64,000 nt of DNA from Octopus sinensis (lineage: Eukaryota): positions 15,438,001 to 15,502,000 of the forward strand of contig NC_043002.1 in the NCBI RefSeq assembly GCF_006345805.1, written 5' to 3'. The stretch's first letter is position 1, and each line of letters starts with the position of its first letter. The position numbers were made by a program, and so were the translations under genes. The notes beneath the pieces are model-generated. The model made no database searches, was not told where the DNA came from, and worked only from the letters and a program-made list of their open reading frames with translations. Below are positions 12,781-25,012 of the stretch, piece by piece.

Positions 12781-13670
12781 TAATATTGTTAATAATTATT
12801 GTTAATTAGCCTTAAGATTAAATAAATAACGTTTAATATTGATACACGTCAATCCTTAGGATTAAATTAAATAACGTTCAATATTGTTTAATATTGTTAA
12901 TAAATTGTTAATTAGCCTTAAGATTAAATTAAATAACGTTTAATATTAAAAACGTCTAATTAGCCTTAGGATTAAATTAAATAACGTTAATATTGTTAAA
13001 ATTATTTTGTAATTAGCCTTAGGATTAAATTAAATAACGTTTAACATTGTTTAATATTGTTAATAATTACTGTTAATTAGCCTTAAGATTAAATTAAATA
13101 ACGTTTAATATTGTTTTAATATTGTTAATAAATCTTCAGATACTCTATCTTCTAATTAGGCTTAAGATTAAATTAAAAACGGTTAATATACCCACACTCT
13201 AATATAATATTAACATTGCTAATATATTTTCAGATACTCTATCTCCTGATTAGCCTTAAGATTAAATAACGTTTTTATCCACACTCTAATATAATATTAA
13301 TATTGCTAATATATTTTCAGATACTCTATCTTCTAATTAGCCTTAAGATTAAATTAAATAACGTTTAATATTAATAACGTCTAATTAGCCTTAAGATTAA
13401 ATTAAATAACGGTTAATATTGCTTAATATTATATATATAATTTTCAGATACTCGTCTATAATTAGCCTTAAGATTAAATTAATAACGTTTTTAATAATTA
13501 CCCACACTCTAATATAATATTAATATTGCTAATACATTTTCAGATACTCTATCCCCTAATTAGCCTTAAGATTAAATAACGTTTTTACCCAAATAACGTT
13601 TTTACACAAACTTTAATATTGTTAATATTCTTTTTCAAGTACTCTATCTTCTAATTAGCCTTAATATCTT
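12724..13670 (+). repeat. Modular minisatellite array upstream of ORF1
   Basis: About 14 copies of (taattag)cctta[a/g]gattaaattaaataacgttt, plus 2 more at 12158-12275. Interleaved with modules cagatactctatcttc, cccacactctaatataatatt and aatattgtt. Confidence 0.92.
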
Positions 13671-13725
13671 CCTGTCTTCTCTCGAACATAATTAGATAGA
13701 TAAACGGATAGACGGATTATCCAGC

Positions 13726-14632
13726 ATGTCCAGAGCATGGAGACGTGACGAGCTGGATTTATTCGTACGAGCATGGGAGTGCGCCGGCGGAGATAGCCCT
13801 AGGAGGTGATTGCGGCTGCGCTGAAGAGCAGAGGCTACAAGAGGACAGCGGCTCAGATGGAGCGAAAGAGACAGGAATTCGTGCGCTCATATGCGCTTGT
13901 ACGGTCGCACATTGGCGCACTTGATGCCATCTTTGAGAACGAGCGGAGCAAAGATGGCAAGAATGGAGACGATGAAAGAAGTCACCCCCACCTGGTGGAC
14001 GCCCGGGAGGAGGTTTTGAATGAGAAACCTGCCCGGGAAGTGAACCCAGGTCCAAGTTCTCCAACCGGCAGCAAGGGCCATGGAGACGGAGAACCCGGTG
14101 AAGAGGTAGAGGGAGGAAGAAGAACTAAAAGAAGGACTGGAAGAGCTAAGGGAAAAGAAAAAGCTCAAGCAGGACCAAAGAGTGAAACAACCAGAAATAG
14201 AAGTGGAACCGCAAAGGATGGAACCAAACAGCGCACACGGGTGTGTATGTTCTACTGAGAGGTTCCTGCTGGCATGGAAAGGAAGGTGCAGGCTGCCGCT
14301 TTGCACATCGGGGACCCTGCCACAGAGACACGAGGCAGATGGACAAACCATCAACACAAAGAAAAGGGATGGACCACGCACCACCTGCCCCAAAACGGAG
14401 GTACGCAGATGTTGTGCGCGCCACAAACAGCCAACATGATGTCGAAAGAGCAGCTGCTGAGCAACAATCTTTTTTGTGCATGGCACAAAAGATTGTACAG
14501 CAGCTGACCTGGCTTCATCAAACCCAAGCCCGCAGGTGGGACTACCCACTATATACCAGACCACCACAGCAAACAGACACAGGATGGACACCGCCGGCAA
14601 CAACGTACACCTCACCTCGATACTCCTACTGA
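13726..14632 (+). pseudogene. LINE ORF1 (Myb/trihelix-like N-terminus, basic linker, CCCH finger), two apparent 1-nt frameshifts
   Basis: MSRAWRRDELDLFVRAWECAGGDS/EVIAAALKSRGYKRTAAQMERKRQEFVRSY, then RVCMFY/LRGSCWHGKEGAGCRFAH when frames are joined at ~13800 and ~14255. Confidence 0.75.
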
Positions 14633-17563
14633 ACATCAGAGGACTGCAAACACTCAGTAACAGGACAAAGATCCCGTTCCTGAGAGACTTTGTTGCATGC
14701 AATCAAGCCTTATGCATAGCACTTACAGAAACGCACCTGAAACCGGACATAGCAGATGCGGAGTTACACATACCACAGTATGCTGTACTACGGACCGACA
14801 GGAAAGAAAGGAGTCATGGAGGTGTTGCTATGTACATCCGTGAGGACCTCACACCCCAGGTCCTCTTGTCATACTCAAACTCGGTGTGTGACACACTAAT
14901 TGTACATATGGCAACTTGATGTAGTTGTGTGTGCTACATATCGCCCTCCAGATGCCCCAAGCCATGTGGGCAAGTTTGAAGACTGCCTTATAAAAATAGA
15001 AGAAATTCTAACCACATTAGAACAACACATAGGTGTGCTTCTTATGGGAGACTTCAATCTGCCCAATGTCAGATGGCCCGAGGGCCTTTCTCTCCCAGGA
15101 ATGACAAGATGTGAACGAGGACAGGCGAGGTCCCTCCTGAACCTCATCAACACCCTGTACATGGAGCAGGTAATACTCCAACCAACCAGGGCAGGTAACA
15201 CACTGGATCTCTGCTTCACAAATGACATGGATCTCATCCATAATGTGAAAGTGACACCGACACTACTCTCGGATCACAACATGATAGAGCTGACCATGTA
15301 CGGGCCAAAAGAGAGCACGGACATGCAGCCTACAAGAAACCCTCAAAATCTTTCCAGCTTGAACTACCATAAGGCAAACTGGAAACAAATTGAGAAAGAG
15401 ATCCTCAAACAAAACTGGCCTAAATGTCTCTCCTCGCCAGACATCGACGTGAAACTTCAACAATTCATGTCTGTAATGCAAGCCATATGCTACAAATGTG
15501 TCCCAGAGAGAAAGGCCACTGTACACAAGAACAAAATCCCCAGAGAGAGGAAAATTTTAATGAGACGGCGTACGAAATTTTCAAATCGCCTAATTGAAAG
15601 CAGTGAAAAGTCCCGCCTAAAAATAAAACTGTTGGAAATCGAAAAATGTCTGCAACTCTCCCATGAAAAAGAAAGAGCAGACAAAGAAGCCTGGGCTATA
15701 GAAAACATAAAATCTAACCCCAGAGCTTTCTACAGGTATGCCAAAGAAACAGCTACAGTGCACTGTAGAATAGGGCCACTCCTCGAAAAGGATGGCACAC
15801 TTACAGGAAAACCAATGAGGGTAAGTGAAATACTGAATGAGCAATTCAAGAGTGTTTTCACTCCACCCCTTGGGCATCTCCAAATCACCAACCAACCACT
15901 GACTTTTTACCACTGCAGATATAAAATCAGAGGCGGCGACGATAGATTACATCGATATAAAGGAAGACGATGTAACCAAGGCTATAGATGAAATGAAAAC
16001 AGACTCAGCTACTGGCCCCGATGGATTCCCGGCAATCCTCCTAAAAGCATGTAAGAGAGTCCTAGCAAGACCACTGCAGTTCCTCTTTCAGAGCTTCCTT
16101 GCAGCTGGCAAACTTCCAGGAAAACTGAAGGAAGGTAAAATATGCCCCATTCATAAAGGAGGTAGCAGAGCGGAAGCCAAGAACTATAGACCTATCTCTC
16201 TGACCTCACACATCAGCAAGGTCATGGAACGAATAGTCAGAAGGAAGCTGATCACCTTCCTTGAAGAGAATGACTTGCTGCCCGACACCCAACATGGTTT
16301 CCGACCAGGGAGAAGCTGTTTAACTCAGCTCCTACAACACTATGACTGGGTGCTGAAACGGCTGCTCAACCACTCAAATGTGGAAGTGATATATCTCGAC
16401 TTTGCAAAGGCCTTTGATAAAGTCGATCATGGAATGATATGTCACAAACTGCGTGATCTCAACATAGTTGGAAAACTGGGAGAATGGCTTCATGACTTTC
16501 TGAAGGATAGAAGTCAGGTGGTAGTAGCCAATGGGGCCACCTCCATTAACACACAAATAGTGAGCGGTGTTCCGCAGGGCACTGTTCTGGGACCACTACT
16601 GTTCATAATGGCCCTCTCAGACATGCCCTCAGCCACGCAGAGAGCCACGATCACAAGTTATGCAGATGATACAAAAGTTTCACAGGCAATACAGAACCCT
16701 GAGGACACTAAACACCTGCAATGTGAGCTGGACGAAATATACAAGTGGGCTGAAAAGAATAGCATGCAGTTCAATGCTGGAAAGTTTCAAGCTTTATACT
16801 ATCAGCATGCAAAACTGAATGCAATACCCAATGAATACACTGGACCCGGAGGGATTGCAATCCCAGAGGCACAATCAGTGCGTGACCTGGGTATTCACAT
16901 GAGTGATGACGCGACCTTTCATGTACATGTTGCTAAACTGACAATGAAATGTAGACGGCTGGCTGGATGGATTCTTAGAACCTTTAGAACAAGAGAACAA
17001 GAAACCATGATGGTCCTCTGGAAGACACTTGTCCTAAGCCACTTTGACTATTGCTCTCAACTATGGTCACCATCCAGTGTCAAGTTGATCACAGAACTTG
17101 AGGCGACCCAACGAAGCTACACAAAGCCTCTATGCAGAATGTAAGCTACTGGGAAAGACTCAAGAGATTAAAATTATATTCCCTGGAGCGTAGGCGGGAA
17201 AGATATGCCATAATATACATCTGGAAGATCCTGGAGGGAAGTGTCCTGAACTTTGGCATCGAGAGTTACGCAAATGCCAGAACTGGGCGCCACTGCGTGG
17301 TGCCTAGGACTCCAAACTTGCCATCAAGATGTAGGACAAGATTCTGTGATAGCCTGGGCTTCCGAGCCCACAGCTCTTCAATATCCTCCCGAAGAACCTG
17401 AGAGACCTGCATGGGGTGGATACAGATGTATTCTAAATTGAAGCTGGATCTCTTCCTGTCAGGTGTCCCAGATGAACCAACTTCACGGCAGGAGGGGCAG
17501 ATGAGGGCAGCTGCATCGAACTCTCTCATGCACCAAATAGCAGTTGCTAGAAAGCCTCCATGA
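14584..17563 (+). pseudogene. LINE ORF2: AP endonuclease + reverse transcriptase, about four frameshifts
   Basis: APE motifs LLNIRGL, ALTETHL, GGVAMY, GDFNLP, SDHNMI. RT motifs KNYRPISL, QHGFRPGRSC, YLDFAKAFDKV, SGVPQGTVLGPLLF, YADD. C-terminal LYSLERRRER. Confidence 0.95.
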
Positions 17564-17734
17564 AGTGAAACCAAGTAGCAACACCAAATGGCGGTGCCCC
17601 AGCATGGCCACAGCTCATAAGCTGAAACTAGAATCAATCAATCAATCATATATATACATATACATATCCATACATGGGTACAGGGTTTCACCAACAGTAA
17701 ACGACATGGAAACAAAAGCATTGAGCCCAATACG

Positions 17735-18005
17735 TAAATAACGAGAGGAGCACATAGAAAACAGGAGATATAACACGAAGAACGACTTCATTCGGTTTCC
17801 TTGTATGTCTTCACTGACCTGTTTTTGTTCCAAACTTTTGACTCTCCATAAATCTCAAATTTTATTTTGGTAGTGATGTGATCAACTGTCTTCGAAGACT
17901 CATATTTTCTTTCAATGCTCGAAATGAGGAGTAGACAGACAGCTGACAACTGATGAATAGTCGTTCTTTGTGCTACTCATCCTGTTTTCCATTTGCTTCT
18001 CGTTG
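17735..18005. repeat. Imperfect inverted repeat, Penelope-remnant-like
   Basis: aacgagaggagcacatagaaaacaggag...aagaacgact (17740-17790) is complementary to agtcgttctttgtg...cctgttttccatttgcttctcgtt (17959-18004). Confidence 0.6.
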
Positions 18006-18477
18006 CTTGCGTATTGAACTAGCGTATTATACATTTTCAAAATCATATAGGGTGGTGAAGATTTTTAGAAATTTCACTGCCAGTGAATATAATTTTACGT
18101 ATGTATTTTTACGAATGTGATTTCAGCTTTTCGAAGATTGGTTCGGCATTTCTTATTTTACTGCCGAATGAAACTACGACTGCGCGAAGAATTTTGAAAA
18201 ATTACATAATATTATGTGTTATTTTTCTCTAAATTATATGTTAATTGTTAAGGCACGGTTACAAATGTATATTCACCTAGCAAATTAGTTTATTTGCTAA
18301 GATATTCTAAAACCTATATATAACCGTAAAAAATAACAAGGTAAAAGTTTTTTTTATTTTTCAATCTCTTCGAAAAATTGCCCTTAAATGTGGTTTTGGT
18401 CGTTTTGACTGCTTCGTCTAGCGTGTAAAATTACCTATTAAAGGTAGATTTCTCTCTTGTTTAAATGTACACTATGA

Positions 18478-18524
<47 letters not shown>

Positions 18525-19157
18525 AATATATGAGGAGAGAGAGAGAGAGAGAGAGAGAAATAGATAGTTATATATAGATATAAATATAGGTATTGATATA
18601 TGACAGCTTGTTGATTAAATTCCAGGCTCTCTAGCGATACTAAAAAAGATTGCTATAGACTTCTTAAATATTATACGCTAAATCAAATTTTCACTGAAAT
18701 GATGTGTTATACTATTGAAATATTTGTACGAAAAGTAACGTTGTCCTGTTTTCATGTACGTGTTCAAATTCTGCTGAAGATGATTTAAATTTAACTCATA
18801 CAGAGTCCATAAAATTGGTAAAACTTTTGCACTGGTGCCAATGTAATGGACTACCTCCTTTACTCGAAATTTCTGTCCGTGTGGCTTTAGTGAAAAGTCT
18901 AATTACGAAACATGCGGAAAATATTGTTCGAACATTTTGGATAAATTTTGTTATGGATACATGTAAATTATCAGAATTTTATTTCAGTAAATGTTAATTC
19001 AGGTGATATAATCTCTTCCACAGAATTATACTTTAATCCTTGAATATTCTTAGAACGATCCTTAATACGTGAATAGTTATGATGATGTTCAAGAAGATTA
19101 TTATAAATGTATCATAATATACATATAAAACGCCATAGATTTATATATGAAAACATT

Positions 19158-19810
19158 TACAGAAGTTGCACAAAAGAAGGTAAACCTCTTCAAATTTCAA
19201 ACAAATTTATTTTAATATGGTGTAGGACCGCCTTTGGCATTAATTACTTCAATTCCACGAGGTATAGATTCGTACAAAGTATGAATTATTGCTGTCCATT
19301 CTTCAGCTAAAATAGTGTCCATTTCTTGCAGTCGTGAAGGTGGAGGATATCGACTCCTTAATTGATTTGTAAAATGCACCATAAATGTTCAGTAATATTG
19401 AGATCTGGTGAATGTGTGGTCAGATAAGATGTTCAACGTCACTAGAAGGTTACTTGTGCCATTCAGTAACACATTTAGTTGTGTGAATAGGAGAATTTGT
19501 AATCCTGAAAGATTGTGTTTCTTCCGGAGACAGTTCCGCAGCCATAGGATCAATTTGATCCGATAATATGCTTCAATAGACTTGAATATTAATTCTGCTA
19601 TGTAGGGAAACCATTGGGCCGTCGGATTTCCAAGATATATCCCACCAGATCATCAAAGATTCTCCTCCATGTTTAACAATTGGGGGAAGGCAGTCTGGGT
19701 CAAATGCTTCTATTGGCTGTCTCCACACGTATATTCGGCAGGTGGTCGGAAATAAGGTAACGGATGACTTTTCTGAGACTATGACATTCTTCCACTGCTC
19801 TAGGGGCCGA
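19158..19810 (-). pseudogene. Tc1-like transposase remnant with one TIR-like end
   Basis: WKNVIVSEKSS...IYVWRQPIEAFDPDCLPPIVKHGGESLMIW matches Tc1 WxxVIFSDES...PTVKHGGGSVMVWG. A TA-CAG terminus lies at 19158. Confidence 0.8.
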
Positions 19811-19814
19811 TAGA

Positions 19815-19920
19815 TAGATACCGATAGAATAAGTAATAGGCTTACAAAGAATAAATCTTGGGGTAGATTTGCTCGACTAAAGGCGGTGCTCCAGCATAGC
19901 CACAATCAAATGCCTGAAAC
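19815..19920 (+). mobile_element. SINE 3' fragment with LINE-like tail
   Basis: aaggcggtgctccagcatagccacaatcaaatgcctgaaac. Confidence 0.65.
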
Positions 19921-20179
19921 GCTTATCATAAACATATATTACACAATAGAATAAGGTCAACTGTAATTCAGCTGTAATTGAGTGTGTGTGCACAGTTAGA
20001 GATGTAACAAATCGTATAGAAGTATTACCTAGAAAGAGAGAGAGTGAGAGAGAGAGAGAGAGAGAATGTGTGTGTGCGTGTGTGTGCGTGAGAGAATGTG
20101 TGTGTGTGAGTGTGAGTGCCGAAGGAAGTCATTCTATGGCATTCTTTCGTTTGAAGCACCAAAGTTGTCAACTCGATTA

Positions 20180-20280
20180 TATGGCCAATCACATAAGTCC
20201 GGGGCTTTGATTTTCTCGACTAAAGGCGGTGCTCCAGCATGGCCGCAGTCAAATGACTGAAACAAGTAAAAGAGAAAAGT
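20180..20280 (+). mobile_element. SINE 3' fragment with LINE-like tail
   Basis: ggcggtgctccagcatggccgcagtcaaatgactgaaacaagtaaaag matches LINE 3' end 17590-17630. Confidence 0.7.
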
Positions 20281-20660
20281 AGAGAAATCGGATTTTACAT
20301 ATTTTACATCTCTATAACCCAGAAACGCATATATAGTTAATCAAAGCCGAATGGATTCGTTATTTTTTTTTCCTCTGAGTTGAGAGTATTATTGTCTGGA
20401 AGATATCTTATGATACTGAAATTGTAGTTAACTGCTATTTCTAAATTTCTGTATGTGGTGAAGCGATTTTTGTTGAACCCTAATTAAAATTATGCTTATA
20501 ATCATACAATTTTTGTATAAGGTCACCGATAATGGTTCTTTTAACATACCGAACTACTTGGTAAAATTATTAATTATTAATTGATTAATTAATTTTACTC
20601 TTTATTATTATTATTATAATTATTATTATTATTATTATTATTATATTATTATTATTATCA

Positions 20661-23600
20661 TTCAGTAGTTTTATTTTTATGTCGTGCTTTCACTTCACTA
20701 CCGAGCGCAGCTCTGTGTGCCGTAGGCACGTGCTGTGATTTGTTGTGATGCTCTGATGGTTATTGTCTGGAAAGTGTTCTGCGTAGGATGTGTGCAGTGC
20801 CTAGTATTTGTCTGAATATATTTTTATCATGCCTAATGCACCTATTATGATAGGAATTGTTTCTGCTTTTAGATTCCACATTCTGGTTACCTCTATTTCC
20901 AGGTCTTTGTATTTTGAAAGCTTCTCCATTTCTTTTAAAGACACGTTGTCATCCGCTGGTATTGATACATCAATTAGAAAACATTTATTTTCTTCATAAT
21001 CTCTGACAACTATATCTGTTCTGTTGGCCTTAATTTCTCTATCTGTGTGTATTGGCATATCCCAGAGTATGGTTGCTTCCTCGTTTTCTGTGACCTTTTC
21101 TGGTGTATGCCTATACCATCTTTTTTCTGTTGTTATTCCATAATGTTGGCATAGCTTCCAGGTTATATAGGTCCCAACTCTGTCGTGTCTGTGAATATAT
21201 TCCTCCCTAGCCAGGGCTGGGCAGCGAGAGATAATATGATTTATTGTTTCTTGTCCATCTCCACATATTCTGCAGTTAATTGTTATATTTCTTTTCATTA
21301 CATGTCTTTGGTAATTTCTGGTGGAGAGGCTTTGGTCTTGTGCTGCAATTAAAAATCCGTCTGTCTCTGCTTTGAGTCCTAAGCTTCTCAACCATTGTTG
21401 GGATTTTTCTTTGTCTATTTCTTTTGCATTTAGTTTAGTCCAGTATTTGCCATGAAGGGGCTTTTCTTGCCATCGTTTTATCATGGTTCGTTGCTGTACT
21501 ATTTTTAGTTTGGATTTCATTTGTTTTATAGCTTTTGTTGTTTCTTCTTCTTCTTCTTCTTCTTCTTCTTCTTCTTCTTCTTCTTCTTCTTCTTCTTCTT
21601 CTTCTTCTTCTTCTTCTTCTTCTTCTTCTTCTTCTTCTTCTTCTTCTTCTTCATATTTGTTAGGTAGTATGATTTCTTGTTTGTATTTGTCAGCTTCCTT
21701 AAATACTGAGAATCCTTTCTTTTATTTGCTCATGTTTTTCCGCTATTTGTATCAGTTTTCCTTCCTTCTGAAGTAGATATTTTTACAGTCCTGTGGTGGT
21801 TATTTTATAGTAGTTTTCCAGCTGTATAAGGCCTCTACCACCATCTATACGTTGTATATATAGCCTTTCTATGTCAGATTTTGGGTGATGCATCCTAGAT
21901 CCTGTCATTATTTTTCTTGTATTCCTATCTATTTTGGTCAGTTCATTTAGTGTCCAGTTAAGGACATTGTAGCTGTAACTTATAATTGGGACGGCTAAAG
22001 TGTTGATACCTATTATCTTGTTTTTAGCATTGAGCTCTGTTTTCAGTATTGATCTGACTCGTCGATAATATTCTTTTTTCATTTTCTCTTTCATTTGTGT
22101 GTGTTGTGTCTTATCTAGTTCATGGATTCCTAAGTATTTGTAAGTTTGGCTTTGGTCTAATTCTTTTATTTCATTGGTTTTATCTAGTGTGATGTTGATA
22201 CTCTTAATCAGTTTTCCTCTTTTCTTGGTTACTTTGGCGTATTTCTCTAATCCAAATTTCATATCTATTTCTTTGGTAAATCCATGAACTGTCTTTACTA
22301 GTGTTTCCAGCTGTTTGTCATTTGCAGCGTATAGTTTTAGGTCTTCCATATATAAAAGGTAGCTGATCTTTTTGCCGTAACATTTATATCCGCATCCAGT
22401 TCTGTTTAGCATATCAGATAGAAGTGACAGTACCAAGCAGAAAAAGAGGGGAGAGAACGTATCTCCCTGGAATATTCCTCTTCTAATGGGGGTGGCTTTG
22501 GTTTTCACAAGTCCCTATTTTTTGGGGAGCTGTAGCACTGTTTGCCATGTACTTTATATTTGTCCTATGTACTTTATATTTGTCCTATGTACTTTATATT
22601 TGTTGGTGCAACTTTCTTAATGGCTAGTGTTTCGAGAATCCATGTGTGCGGGATGCTATCAAACGCCTTTTTGTAGTCGATCCAATCCATACTGAGGTAT
22701 TTCTTCTTTCTGTGGCTGTCTTCAGTTATGGCTTTATTGATCATTATTTGATCTTTACAACCATCTGAGCCTTTGCGGCATCCTTTCTGCTCTTCTGGAA
22801 ACAGGTTGTTTTCGTCCAGGTGCTTGTTCAATCTTTGCGATATTACTGCCGTAAATGCTTTGTACATTGTAGGGAGACAGGTCATAGGTCTGTAGCTTTC
22901 TGGTTTTGCTGTCTCATTTGATTTGGGAATTAAGATGGTTTTCCCCTTCGTGAGCCATTCAGGTATTGTCTCTGGCTCTTCCAGTATGTTGTTAAAGTTT
23001 TCAGCCAGCTTTTTGTGCATTCCTGTTAGATATTTCAACCAGAAGTTGGGGATCTTGTCATGCCCAGGTGCCTTCCAGTTGCTTAGCCTTTGCAGTGCAT
23101 GGGTGACCTCTTCCGTTGTTATGGGGGTCCAAAGTTGTTCAGATGCTGAGTTTGTTGTTTTAATACTCCTTTTTTTTGGTTGTTCGTTCGCCGACCATAT
23201 TTCTCTCCAGAATTCTTCCACTTCTTCTGCCGTTGGTGCTGCAGTGATTTCTATTATATTTTTACCAAGTTCTTGGTAGAACTTTTTGGAGTTTGGAGTT
23301 GAACAGTTTGATTTGTTCGAAGAAACGTTGGCGTTTCTCGTACCGGCGGATCCTTTGTGCTTTGGCAAGGATATCTTGCTTCAGCTTTTCTTTTATCTGA
23401 GGTAAATCTTTTTCTGTGGTGTTGTATTTGCGAAGTATTTTTGTTTTCTTTTTGTTGCTCAGTAGCGTTGATTGTCTACTGATTTCATTAAGAATCGACA
23501 GATCTTTTCTCATCTTTAGTATTTTGTTTTGGATGTTATTTATCCACCGGGTTTGTTTGGGTTGTGTTACTCCTGTTTGAATGGGTTTGAGTGTGTATCC

Positions 23601-24800
23601 AGCTTCTTTTTTGGGCTGCAGTGGCTGCTGTGTATACTAAGTCATTTAGCTCAGTGATATCGCTTTTTGTTTCAGTGGTTATTAGTTCCGTGACGGCTAG
23701 GTTTATGTTGTTTATAATTGATGTTGTTGTTTTGTCTATTTTGATTTTTGGGAGGTATTTCGGTGGTCCATTTTGAGCTCTGCGGTTTTCAGTTATTTGA
23801 TTATTCTACCTTTTACAGTTTCAGATTCATTAGGCTCCCCTTCATTGTTTCCAGATTTTAGATTTGTGTCGCTTTCTTTCTCATCCGTACGTTTGTCGTG
23901 TTTTGGCATGCTGTTTGTCGTGTATTATTATGTATCCTTACGGTCTGGGTTTGTTGTTTTTGTTTACATCGTTTTTGTTGGAAATGTTACGTTTGTCTTC
24001 GTGTTTTACTGTTTCAGTGTTTATACTATTTGGCATTGTTGCGTGGCTTCTATCTACATTTTCCTGATGTATTTTTCTTTTAAATGTTCTATTTCTATTT
24101 CTGATATTTTTTTTGCATTGAGAATATATCTCCGTATATTTGCTAGTTTATTAGGGTTCATTGTTGTATTCAGGTCTTTATTTATGTTATTTTTCTTCCA
24201 TATTTTGTATGTATGTGTTGTATTTTCATTCTTTAGGTAGAGCACTGCTGTAAAGTAAGCGTGTAGGATAGAAATGTATTCCTCACGTGTCCATTTATGT
24301 CTTTTGGGTTTTATTTGCGGGACATGAGGAACAACGTCCGGCCCATTATTTTGACGGTCGTCATTTTCGTATGGTGCCGTCCGTTCATTTCTGTTGTCAC
24401 ATTGTTTTGCACGTGTAGTTTTTCGTACATTTTATGTTGTAAGTTTACAGTACGTACTTCCCGATTGTTATTCTTGGATTGAATAATACCGGTATTATTT
24501 AATTTCTTCGTAGTTTTTTTGTACATGGTGTTTGGGGCCGGAGATGATCTGGTGTTGATGGATCGTAATGTATCAAGCATGTTTACATGTGTTGTGTTAG
24601 AGGTGGAGATGATATCGAGTTAAAATACATCATTTCGTTTTGAAAATAGTAATAAATTTCAATGAGTATTACTTTCTCGTATATAGTCCAATCCTTTTCA
24701 GTTATTTTTTAGCTCCATGCGATGTCTTTGTTTCCGATGTTTGTGGATAGATTTCGGAGCACTGCTTTATCGCTCTCAGATGTTTAACGTCCCCGGTGTA
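20661..24800 (-). mobile_element. Full-length R4/Dong-type non-LTR retrotransposon (RT + CCHC + restriction-like endonuclease), disrupted
   Basis: RT motifs EEQKGCRK, WIDYKKAFDSIPH, GIFQGDTFSPLFF, YMEDLKLY. Zinc knuckle CRICGDGQETINHIISRC. RLE motifs RHD..ILWD..ANRTDIV..IDVSIP..KYKDL..IIGALG. TAA-type repeats at both ends. Confidence 0.93.
21542..21652. repeat. (TTC)37 inside the Dong ORF (poly-Glu on coding strand)
   Basis: 111 nt of pure TTC. Confidence 0.95.
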
Positions 24801-24831
24801 TTATTATTATTAGTAGTAGTAGTATTAGTAT

Positions 24832-24891
<60 letters not shown>

Positions 24892-24921
24892 ATATATATT
24901 ATATATATATATATATATATC

Positions 24922-25012
24922 AGGAGGAATTGTGCGGCGAGAGATTTGATTCGCAACCACATAGTTCGCGGTTCAGTCCCGCTGTTTGGCATTTTGGGCC
25001 GATGTTTGTAAC
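24922..25012 (+). mobile_element. SINE head fragment
   Basis: caaccacatagttcgcggttcagtcccgctg aligns with the head of the 46930-47355 SINE. Confidence 0.55.

Larger units (their letters stand above)
11738..17648 (+). mobile_element. Near full-length non-LTR retrotransposon, CR1/L2 group (APE + RT)
   Basis: Duplicated 5' segment, tandem array, ORF1, ORF2 with APE and RT motifs, 3' UTR stem-loops and (AATC)n tail. Flanked by AT/AC microsatellite, so no TSD is resolvable and the 5' boundary is uncertain. Confidence 0.9.

Noticed and set aside
12724-13670. Repeat-spacer look reminiscent of a CRISPR array
   Set aside because: Spacers are themselves recurring modules of variable length, there are no cas genes, and the context is a eukaryotic LINE 5' region.
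23591-24240. Hydrophobic + strand ORFs suggesting membrane proteins
   Set aside because: They are antisense shadows of the A-rich Dong ORF.
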